Origin: Eledone cirrhosa
Lineage: Eukaryota
Length of the DNA: 64,000 nucleotides
Direction of reading: 5' to 3'
NCBI GenBank assembly: GCA_964016885.1
Contig: OZ024743.1
Span: 141,608,001-141,672,000 of the forward strand
Position numbers and translations under genes: made by a program. Under the pieces are notes generated by a model that made no database searches, had not been told where the DNA came from, and worked only from the letters and a program-made list of their open reading frames with translations. Shown piece after piece: positions 51,201-61,570 of this stretch (positions are counted from its first letter, which is position 1; the number at the start of each line of letters is the position of its first letter).

Positions 51201-54200
51201 GTTTGGTGCTTGGTGTTTGGTGCTTGGTGCTTGCTGTTTGGTGTTTGGTGTTTGGTTCTTGGTGCTTGGTGTTTGGTGTTTGGTGCTTGGTGCTTGGTGA
51301 TTGGTGTTTGGTGCTTGGTGCTTGGTGCTTGGTGTTTGGTGCTGCGTGCTTGGTGTTTGGTGTTTGGTGCTTGGTGCCTGGGGCTTGTTGTTTGGTGTTT
51401 GGTGCTTGGTGCTTGGTGTTTGGTGTTTGGTGCTTGCTGCTTGCTGCTTGGTGTTTGGTGCTTGGTGATTGGTGCTTGGTGTTTTATGCTTGGTGCTTGG
51501 TGTTTGGTGCTAGGGGCTTGGTGCTTGATGCTTGGTGTTTGGTGCTTGGTGCTTGCTGTTTGGTGCTTGGTGCTTGGTGCTTGGTGTTTGGTGTATGGTG
51601 TTTGGTGCTTGGTGTTTGGTGCTTGGTACTTGGTGCTGGGTGGTTGGTGTTTGGTGTTTGGTGCTTGGTGATTGGTGCTTATTGTTTGGTGCTTGGTGCT
51701 TGGTGCTTGGTCTTTGATGCTTGGTGTTTGGTGTTTGGTGCTTGGTGCTTGGTGCTTGGTGATTAGTGTTTGGTGCTTGGTGCTTGGTGTTTTGTGCTTG
51801 GTGTTTGGTGCTTGGTGCTTGGTGTTTGGTGTTTGGTGCTTGGTGCTTGGGGCTTGGTGTTTGGTGCTTAGTCTTTGGTGCTTGGTGTTTGGTGCTTGGC
51901 GCTTGGTGCTTGGTGTTTGGTGTATGGTGTTTGGTGCTTGGTGTTTGGTGGTTGGTGCTTGGTGCTGGGTGGTTGGTGTTTGGTGTTTGGTGCTTGGTGA
52001 TTGGTGCTTATTGTTTGGTGCTTGGTGCTTGGTGCTTGGTGCTTGGTCTTTGGTGCTTGGTGTTTGGTGTTTGGTGCTTGGTGCTTGGAGCTTGGTGATT
52101 AGTGTTTGGTGCTTGGTGCTTGGTGCCTGGTGCTTGGTGCTTGGTGCTTGTTGTTTGGTGCTTGGTGCTTGGTGATTAGTGTTTGGTGCTTGGTGTTGGG
52201 GTTTGGTGTTTGGTGCTTGGTGTTTGGTGTTTGGTGCTTGGTGCTTGGTGTTTGGTGCTTGGTGCTTGGTGTTTGGTGCTTGGTGCTTTGTGTTTGGTGC
52301 TTGGTGTTTGGTGCTTGGTGCTTGGTGCTTGGTGCTTGGTGTTAGGTGTTTGGTGCTTGGTGTTTGATGTTAGGTTCTTGGTGCTTGGTGTTTGGTGTTT
52401 GGTGCTTGGTGCTTGGTGTTTGGTGTTTGGTGCTTGCTGCGTGGTGCTTGGTATTTTGTGTTTGGAGTTTGGTGCTTGGTGTTTGGTGCTTGGTGCTTGG
52501 TGTTTGGTGTTTGGTGTTTGGTGTTTGGTGATTGGTGCTTTGTGTTTGGTGCTTGGTGCTTGGTGCTTGGTTCTTGGTGTTAGGTGTTTGGTGCTTGGTG
52601 CTTGGTGTTTGATGTTTGGTCCTTGGTGCTTGGTGTTTGGTATTTGGAGCTTGGTGCTTGGTGTTTGGTGTTTGGTGCTTGCTGCTTGCTGCTTGGTGTT
52701 TGGTGATAGGGACTTGGTGCTTGGTGCTTGGTGTTTGGTGTCTGGTGCTTGGTGCGTGGGACTTGGTGTTTGGTGCTTGGTGTTTGGTGCTTGGTGTTTG
52801 GTGCTTGGTGCCTGGTGCTTGGTGTTTGGTGCTTGCTGCTTGGTGCTTGGTGCTGGGTGGTTGGTGTTTGGTGTTTGGTGCTTGGTGATTGGTGCTTATT
52901 GTTTGGTGCTTGGTGCTTGGTGCTTGGTCTTTGATGCTTGGTGTTTGGTGTTTGGTGTTTGGTGCTTGGTGCTTGCTGTTTGGTGATTGGTGTTTGGTTC
53001 TTGGTGCTTGGTGTTTGGTGTTTGGTGTTTGGTGCTTGGTGCTTGGTGCTTGGTGTTTGGTGCTTGGTGCTTGGTGCTTGGTGTTTGGTGCTGCGTGCTT
53101 GGTGTTTGGTGTTTGGTGCTTGGTGCCTGGTGCCTGTTGTTTGGTGTTTGGTGCTTAGTGCTTGGTGTTTGGTGTTTGGTGCTTGGTGCTTGGTGGCTGG
53201 TGTTTGGTGCTTGGTGTTTGGAGTTTGGTGCTTGGTGCTTGGTGCCTGGTGTTTCGTGCTTGGTGCTTGGTGCTTGGTGTTTGGTGTATGGTGCTTGGTG
53301 TTTGGTGTTTGGTACTTGGTGCTTGGTGCTTGGTGCTTGGTGTTTGGTGTTTGCTGTTTGCTGTTTCGTGTTTGGTGTTTGCTGTTTGGTGTTTGCTGTT
53401 TGGTGTTTGGTGTTTGGTGCTTGCTGTTTGGTGCTTGGTGCTTGGTGTTTGGTGTTTGGTGCTTGGTGTTTGGTGCTTGGTGCTTGGTGCTGGGTGTTTG
53501 GTGCTTGGTGCTTGGTGTTTGGTGCTTGGTGCTTGGTGCTTGGTGTTTGGTCCTTGGTGCTTGGTGCTTGGTCTTTGGTGCTTGGGTTTTGGTGTTTGGT
53601 GCTCGGTGCTTGGTGTTTGGTGCTTGGTGCTTGGTGCTTGGTGTTTGGTGCTTGCTGCTTGGCGCTTGGTTTTTGGTGCTTGGTGCTTGGTGATTAGTGT
53701 TTGGTGATTGGTGCTTGGGGTTTGGTGTTTGGGGGCTTGGTGTTTGGTGCGTGGTGCTTGCTGTTTGGTGTTTGGTGCTGGGTGTTTGGTGCTTGGTGCT
53801 TGGTGTTTGGTGCTTGGTGCTTGGTGCTTGGTGCTTGGTGTTTGGTGCCTGGTGCTTGGTGCTTGGTGCTTGCTGTTTGGTGTTTGGTGTTTGGTTCTTG
53901 GTGCTTGGTGTTTGGTGTTTGGTGCTTGGTGCTTGGTGCTTGGTGTTTGGTGCTTGGTGCTTGGTGATTAGTGTTTGGTGATTGGTGCTTGGGGTCTGGT
54001 GTTTGGTGCTTGGTGTTTGGTGCTTGGTGCTTGCTGTTTGGTGTTTGGTGTTTGGTTCTTGGTGCTTGGTGTTTGGTGTTTGGTGCTTGGTGCTTGGTGA
54101 TTGGTGTTTGGTGCTTGGTGCTTGGTGCTTGGTGTTTGGTGCTGCGTGCTTGTTGTTTGGTGTTTGGTGCTTGGTGCTTGGTGCTTGGTGTTAGGTGTTT

Positions 54201-54580
54201 GGTGCTTGGTGCTTGGTGTTTGATATTTGGTCCTTGGTGCTTGTTGTTTGGTGTTTGGTGCTTGGTGCTTGGTGTTTGGTGCTTGGTGCTTGGTGTTTGG
54301 TGTTTGGTGTTTGGTGTTTGGAGATTGGTGCTTTGTGTTTGGTGCTTGGTGCTTGGTGCTTGGTTCTTGGTGTTAGGCGTTTGGTGCTTGGAGCTTGGTG
54401 TTTGATGTTTGGTCCTTGGTGCTTGGTGTTTGGTATTTGGAGCTTGGTGCTTGGTGTTTGGTGTTTGGTGCTTGCTGCTTGCTGCTTGGTGTTTGGTGCT
54501 AGGGACTTGGTGCTTGGTGCTTGGTGTTTGGTGCTTGGTGTTTGGTGTTTGGTGCTTGGTGCGTGGGACTTGGTGTTTGG
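47215..54580. repeat. Tandem duplication, period 3619/3493 bp (517/499 x 7), with the start of a third copy at ~54327
   Basis: Identical ORFs 47552/51171 (3619); 48613/52106, 48690/52183, 49669/53162, 50204/53697, 50478/53971 (3493). Indels at 48697/52190 and 50236/53729 are both duplicated. Confidence 0.92.
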
Positions 54581-57500
54581 TGCTTGGTGTTTGGTGCTTG
54601 GTGTTTGGTGCTTGGTGCCTGGTGCTTGGTGTTTGGTGTTTGGTGCTTGGTGTTTGGTGCTTGGTGTTTGGTACTTGGTGTTCGGTGCTTGGTGCTTGGT
54701 GCTTGGTGCTTGGTGTCTGGTGTTTGGTGCTTGGTGCTTGGTGTTTGATGTTTGGTCCTTGGTGCTTGGTGTTTGGTGTTGTGTGCTTGGTGCTTGGTGC
54801 TTGGTGTTTGGTGCTTGGTGCTTGGTGCTTGGTGTTTGGCGTTTGCTGTTTGCTGTTTGGTGTTTGGTGTTTGCTGTTTGGTGTTTGCTGTTTGGTGTTT
54901 GGTGTTTGGTGCTTGGTGCTTGGTGTTTGGTGCTTGGTGCTTGGTGCTTGGTGTTTGGTCCTTGGTGCTTGGTGCTTGGTCTTTGGTGCTTGGGTTTTGG
55001 TGTTTGGTGCTTGGTGCTTGGTGTTTGGTGCTTGGTGCTTGGTGCTTGGTGCTTGGTGTTTGGTGCTTGCTGTTTGGTGCTTGGTGTTTGGTGCTTGGTG
55101 CTTGGTGATTAGTGTTTGGTGCTTGGTGCTTCAGGTTTGGTGTTTGGGGCTTGGTGTTTGGTGCTTGGTGCTTGCTGTTTGGTGATTGGTGTTTGGTTCT
55201 TGGTGCTTGGTGTTTGGTGTTTGGTGTTTGGTGCTTGGTGCTTGGTGCTTGGTGTTTGGTGCTTGGTGCTTGGTGCTTGGTGTTTGGTGCTGCGTGCTTG
55301 GTGTTTGGTGTTTGGTGCTTGGTGCCTGGTGCCTGTTGTTTGGTGTTTGGTGCTTAGTGCTTGGTGTTTGGTGTTTGGTGCTTGGTGCTTGGTGGCTGGT
55401 GTTTGGTGCTTGGTGTTTGGAGTTTGGTGCTTGGTGCTTGGTGCCTGGTGTTTCGTGCTTGGTGCTTGGTGCTTGGTGTTTGGTGTATGGTGCTTGGTGT
55501 TTGGTGTTTGGTACTTGGTGCTTGGTGCTTCTTGCTTGGTGTTAGGTGCTTGGTGTTTGATGCTGCGTGCTTGGTGTTTGGTGTTTGGTGCTTGGTGCTT
55601 GGTGTTTGGTGTTTGGAGCTTGGTGCCTGGTGCTTGTTGTTTGGTGTTTGGCGCTTGGTGCTTGGTGTTTGGTGTTTGGTGCTTGGTGCTTGGTGCTTGG
55701 TATCTGGTGTTTGGTGCTTGATGTTTGGTGTTTGGTGCTTGGTGTTTGGTGTTTGGTGCTTGGTGCTTGGTGTTTGGTGCTTGGTGTTTGGTGCTTGGTG
55801 TTTGATGCTTGGTGTTTGCTGCTTGGTGCTTGGTGCTTGGTGTTTTGTGTTTGGTGCTTGGTGCTTGGTGCCTGGTGCTTGGTGCTTGGTGCTTGTTGTT
55901 TGGTGCTTGGAGCTTGGTGATTAGTGTTTGGTGCTTGGTGCTTGCGGTTTGGTGTTTGGTGCTTGGAGTTTGGTGTTTGGTGCTTGGTGCTTGGTGTTTG
56001 GTGCTTGGTGCTTGGTGCTTGGTGTTTGGTGCTTGGTGCTTGGTGTTTGGTGCTTGGTGCTTGGTGTTTGGTGTTTGGCGTTTGCTGTTTGCTGTTTGGT
56101 GTTTGGTGTTTGCTGTTTGGTGTTTGCTGTTTGGTGTTTGGTGTTTGGTGCTTGCTGTTTGGTGCTTGGTGCTTGGTGTTTGGTGTTTGGTGTTTGGTGC
56201 TTGGTGCTTGGTGTTTGGTGCTTGGTGCTTGGTGCTGGGTGTTTGGTGCTTGGTGCTTGGTGTTTGGTTGTTGGTGCTTGGTGCTTGGTGTTTGGTCCTT
56301 GGTGCTTGGTGCTTGGTCTTTGGTGCTTGGGTTTTGGTGTTTGGTGCTTGGTGCTTGGTGTTTGGTGCTTGGTTCTTGGTGCTTGGTGCTTGGTGTTTGG
56401 TGATTGCTGCTTGGTGCTTGGTGTTTGGTGCTTGGTGCTTGGTGATTAGTGTTTGGTGATTGGTGTTTGGGGTTTTCTGTTTGGTGCTTGGTGTTTGGTG
56501 CTTGGTGCTTGCTGTTTGGTGTTTGGTGTTTGGTTCTTGGTGCTTGGTTTTTGGTGTTTGGTGTTTGGTGCTTGGTGCTTAGTGCTTGGTGTTTGGTGCT
56601 TGGTGCTTGGTGCTTGGTGTTTGGTGCTGCGTGCTTGGTGTTTGGTGTTTGGTGCTTGGTGCCTGGTGCTTGTTGTTTGGTGTTTGGTGCTTAGTGCATG
56701 GTGTTTGGTGTTTGGTGCTTGGTGCTTGGTGGCTGGTGCTTGGTGCTTGGTGTTTGGAGTTTGGTGCTTGGTGCTTGGTGCCTGGTGTTTCGTGCTTGGT
56801 GCTTGGTGCTTGGTGTTTGGTGTTTGGTGCTTGGTGTTTGGTGTTTGGAACTTGGTGCTTGGTGCTTGGTGCTTGGTGTTTGGTGCTTGGTGTTTGATGC
56901 TGCGTGCTTGGTGTTTGGTGTTTGGTTCTTGGTGCTTGGTGTTTGGTGTTTGGAGCTTGGTGCCTGCTGCTTGTTGTTTGGTGTTTGGTGCTTGATGTTT
57001 GGTGTTTGTTGCTTGGTGCTTGGTGCTTGGTGTTTGGTGTTTGGTGCTTGGTGCTTGGTGTTTGGAGCTTGGTGTTTGGTGTTTGGTGTTTGATGCTTGG
57101 TGTTTGCTGCTTGGTGCTTGGTGCTTGGTGTTTTGTGTTTGGTGCTTGGTGCTTGGTGCCTGGTGCTTGGTGCTTGGTGCTTGTTGTTTGGTGCTTGGTG
57201 CTTGGTGATTAGTGTTTGGTGCTTGGTGCTTGCGGTTTGATGTTTGGTGCTTGGGGTTTGGTGTTTGGTGCTTGGTGCTTGGTGTTTGGTGCTTGGTGCT
57301 TGGTGCTTTGTGTTTGGTGCTTGGTGCTTGGTGTTTGGTGCTTGGTGCTTGGTGTTTGGTGCTTGGTGTTTGGTGCTTGGTGGTTGGTGCTTGGTGCTTG
57401 GTGTTAGGTGTTTGGTGCTTGGTGCTTGGTGTTTGATGTTTGGTCCTTGGTGCTTGGTGTTTGGTGTTTGGTGCTTGCTGCTTGCTGCTTGGTGTTTGGT

Positions 57501-57639
57501 GCTTGGTGATTGGTGCTTGGTGTTTTGTGCTTGGTGCTTGGTGTTTGGTGTTTGGTGCTAGGGGCTTGGTGCTTGGTGCTTGGTGTTTGGTGCTTGGTGC
57601 TTGCTGTTTGGTGTTTGGTGCTTGGTGCGTGGGACTTAG

Positions 57640-59480
57640 TGTTTGGTGTTTGGTGCTTGGTGTTGGGTGCTTGGTGTTTGGTGCTTGGTGTTTGGGGCTT
57701 CGTGTTCGGTGCTTGGTGCTTGGTGCTTGGGGCTTGGTGTTTGGTGTTTGGTGCTTGGTGCTTGGTGTTTGATGTTGGGTCCTTGGTGCGTGGTGTTTGG
57801 TGTTTGGTGCTTGGTGTTTGGTGTTTGGTGCTTGGTGCTTGGTGTTTGGTGTTTGGTGCTTGGTGCTTGGGGCTTGGTGTTTGGTGCTTCTGCTTGGGGC
57901 TTGGTAGTTGGTGCTTGGTGCTTGGTGCCTGGTGTTTGGTGTTTGGTGTTTGGTGCTTGGTGTATGGTGCTTGGTGCTTCGTGCTGGGTGGTTGGTGTTT
58001 GGTGCTTGGTGCTTGGTGTTTGGTGCTTGGTGCTTGGTGCTTGTTGTTTGGTGCTTGGTGCTTGGTGCTTGGTCTTTGGTGCATGGTGTTTGGTGTTTCG
58101 CGCTTGGTGCTTGGTGCTTCGTGATCGGTGCTTGGTGCTTGGTGCTTGGTGTTTGGTGCTTGGTGCTTGGTGATTAGTGTTTGTTGCTTGGTGCTTGGGG
58201 TTTGGTGGTTGGTGCTTGGTGCTTGGTGTTTGGTGTTTGGTGTTTGGTGTTTGCTGTTTGCTGTTTGGTGTCTGCTTTTTGGTGTTTGGTGTTTGCTGTA
58301 TGGTGTTTGCTGTTTCGTATTTGGTTTTTGCTGTTTGGTGTTTGGTGTTTGCTGTTTGGTGTTTGGTGTTTGGTGTTTGGTGCTTGGTGCTTGGTGTTTG
58401 GCGTTTGGTGCTTGGTGCTTGGTGTTTGGTGCTTGGTGCTTGGTGTTTGGTGTTTGGTGCTTGGTGCCTGGTGCTTGTTGTATGGTGTTTGGTGCTTGGT
58501 GCTTGGTGTTTGGTGTTTGCTGCTTGGTGTCTGGTGTTTGGTGCTTGGTGTTTGGTGTTTGGTGCTTGGTGTATGGTGCTTGGTGCTTGGTGCTGGGTGG
58601 TTGGTGTTTGGTGTTTGGTGCTTGGTGTTGGGTGCTTGGTGTTTGGTGCTTGGTGTTTGGGGCTTCGTGTTCGGTGCTTGGTGCTTGGTGCTTGGGGCTT
58701 GGTGTTTGGTGTTTGGTGCTTGGTGCTTGGTGTTTGATGTTGGGTCCTTGGTGCGTGGTGTTTGGTGTTTGGTGCTTGGTGTTTGGTGTTTGGTGCTTGG
58801 TGCTTGGTGTTTGGTGTTTGGTGCTTGGTGCTTGGGGCTTGGTGTTTGGTGCTTCTGCTTGGGGCTTGGTAGTTGGTGCTTGGTGCTTGGTGCCTGGTGT
58901 TTGGTGTTTGGTGTTTGGTGCTTGGTGTATGGTGCTTGGTGCTTGGTGCTGGGTGGTTGGTGTTTGGTGCTTGGTGCTTGGTGCTGGGTGGTTGGTGTTT
59001 GGTGCTTGGTGCTTGGTGTTTGGTGCTTGGTGCTTGGTGCTTGTTGTTTGGTGCTTGGTGCTTGGTGCTTGGTCTTTGGTGCATGGTGTTTGGTGTTTGG
59101 CGCTTGGTGCTTGGTGCTTCGTGATTGGTGCTTGGTGCTTGGTGCTTGGTGTTTGGTGCTTGGTGCTTGGTGATTAGTGTTTGTTGCTTGGTGCTTGGGG
59201 TTTGGTGGTTGTTGCTTGGTGCTTGGTGTTTGGTGTTTGCTGTTTGGTGTCTGCTTTTTGGTGTTTGGTGTTTGCTGTATGGTGTTTGCTGTTTCGTATT
59301 TGGTTTTTGCTGTTTGGTGTTTGGTGTTTGCTGTTTGGTGTTTGGTGTTTGGTGTTTGGTGCTTGGTGCTTGGTGTTTGGCGTTTGGTGCTTGGTGCTTG
59401 GTGTTTGGTGCTTGGTGCTTGGTGTTTGGTGTTTGGTGCTTGGTGCCTGGTGCTTGTTGTATGGTGTTTGGTGCTTGGTG
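57640..59480. repeat. Tandem duplication, period 965-1000 bp
   Basis: TGTTGGGTGC at 57661/58626 and TTCTGC at 57888/58853 (965 = 138x7-1). The offset becomes 1000 after a 35-bp internal duplication at ~58950-58990 (ORF ends 58177/59177). Confidence 0.85.
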
Positions 59481-60479
59481 CTTGGTGTTTGGTGTTTGGT
59501 GCTTGGTGCTTGGTGTTTGGTGTTTGGTGCTGGGTGCATGGCGTTTGGTGTTTGGTGCTTAGTGCTTGGTGTTTGGGGTTTGATGCTTGGTGTGTGGTGC
59601 TTGGTGCTTGGTGTTTTGTGTTTGGTGCTTGGTGCTTGGTGCCTGGTGCTTGGTGCCTGGTGCTTGGTGTTTGGTGTTTGATGCTTGGTGTTTGGTGTTT
59701 GGTGTTTGGTACTTGGTGTTCGGTGCTTGGTGCTTGGTGCTTGGTGCTTGGTGTTTGGTGTTTGGTGATTGGTGCTTGGTGTTTGATGTTTGGTCCTTGG
59801 TGCTTGGTGTTTGGTGTTGTGTGCTTGGTGCTTGGTGCTTGGTGTTTGGTGCTTGGTGCTTGGTGCTTGGTGTTTGGCGTTTGCTGTTTGCTGTTTGGTG
59901 TTTGGTGTTTGCTGTTTGGTGTTTGCTGTTTGGTGTTTGGTGTTTGGTGCTTGCTGTTTGGTGCTTGGTGCTTGGTGTTTGGTGTTTGGTGCTTGGTGTT
60001 TGGTGCTTGGTGCTTGGTGCTGGGTGTTTGGTGCTTGGTGCTTGGTGTTTGGTGCTTGGTGATTGGTGCTTGGTGTTTGGTCCTTGGTGCTTGGTGCTTG
60101 GTCTTTGGTGCTTGGGTTTTGGTGTTTGGTGCTTGGTGCTTGGTGTTTGGTGCTTGGTGCTTGGTGCTTGGTGCTTGGAGTTTGGTGCTTGCTGCTTGGT
60201 GCTTGGTGTTTGGTGCTTGGTGCTTGGTGATTAGTGTTTGGTGATTGGTGCTTGGGGTTTGGTGTTTGGGGCTTGGTGTTTGGTGCTTAGTGCTTGCTGT
60301 TTGGTGTTTGGTGTTTGGTTCTTGGTGCTTGGTGTTTGGTGTTTGGTGTTTGGTGCTTGGTGCTTGGTGCTTGGTGTTTGGTGCTTGGTGCTTGGTGCTT
60401 GGTGTTTGGTGCTGTGTGCTTGGTGTTTGGTGTTTGGTGCTTGGTGCCTGGTGCTTGTTGTTTGGTGTTTGGTGCTTAG

Positions 60480-61570
60480 TGCTTGGTTTTTGGTGTTTGG
60501 TGCTTGGTGCTTGGTGGCTGGTGTTTGGTGCTTGGTGTTTGGAGTTTGGTGCTTGGTGCTTGGTGCCTGGTGTTTCGTGCTTGGTGCTTGGTGCTTGGTG
60601 TTTGGTGTTTGGTGCTTGGTGTTTGGTGCTTGGTGTTTAGTGCCTGGTGCTTGGTGCTTGGTGTTAGGTGTTTGGTGCTTGGTGCTTGGTGTTTGATGTT
60701 TGGTCGTTGGTGCTTGTTGTTTGGTGTTTGGTGCTTGGTGCTTGGTGTTTGGTGTTTGGTGCTTGCTGCTTGCTGCTTGGTGTTTGGTGCTTGGTGATTG
60801 GTGCTTGGTGTTTTATGCTTGGTGCTTGGTGTTTGGTGCTAGGGGCTTGGTGCTTGATGCTTGGTGTTTGGTGCTTGGTGCTTGGTGTTTGGTGCTTGGT
60901 GTTTGGTGTTTGGTACTTGGTGCTTGGTGCTTGGTGCTTGGTGTTTGGTGCTTGGTGTTTGATGCTGCGTGCTTGGTGTTTGGTGTTTGGTGCTTGGTGC
61001 TTGGTGTTTGGTGTTTGGAGCTTGGTGCCTGGTGCTTCTTGTTTGGTGTTTGGCGCTTGGTGCTTGTTGTTTGGTGTTTGGTGCTTGGTGCTTGGTGCTT
61101 GGTATCTGGTGTTTGGTGCTTGGTGTTTGGTGTTTGGTGCTTGGTGCCTGGGGTTTGTTGTTTGGTGTTTGGTGCTTAGTGCTTGGTGTTTGGTGTTTGG
61201 TGCTTGGTGCTTGGTGGCTGGTGCTTGGTGCTTGGTGTTCGGAGTTTGGTGCTTGGTGCTTGGTGCCTGGTGTTTCGTGCTTGGTGCTTGGTGCTTGGTG
61301 TTTGGTGTTTGGTGCTTGGTGTTTGGTGCTTGGTGTTTGGTGCTTGGTGCTTGGTGCTTGGTGTTAGGTGTTTGGTGATTGGTGCTTGGTGTTTGATGTT
61401 TGGTCCTTGGTGCTTGTTGTTTGGTGTTTGGTGCTTGGTGCTTGGTGTTTGGTGTTTGGTGCTTGCTGCTTGCTGCTTGGTGTTTGGTGCTTGGTGATTG
61501 GTGCTTGGTGTTTTATGCTTGGTGCTTGGTGTTTGGTGCTACGGGCTTGGTGCTTGATGCTTGGTGTTTG
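60480..61570. repeat. Partial direct repeat at offset 700 bp (100 x 7)
   Basis: ORFs 60483..60797 and 61183..61497 are near-identical. ORF starts 60668/61368 and 60700/61400. Confidence 0.75.
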
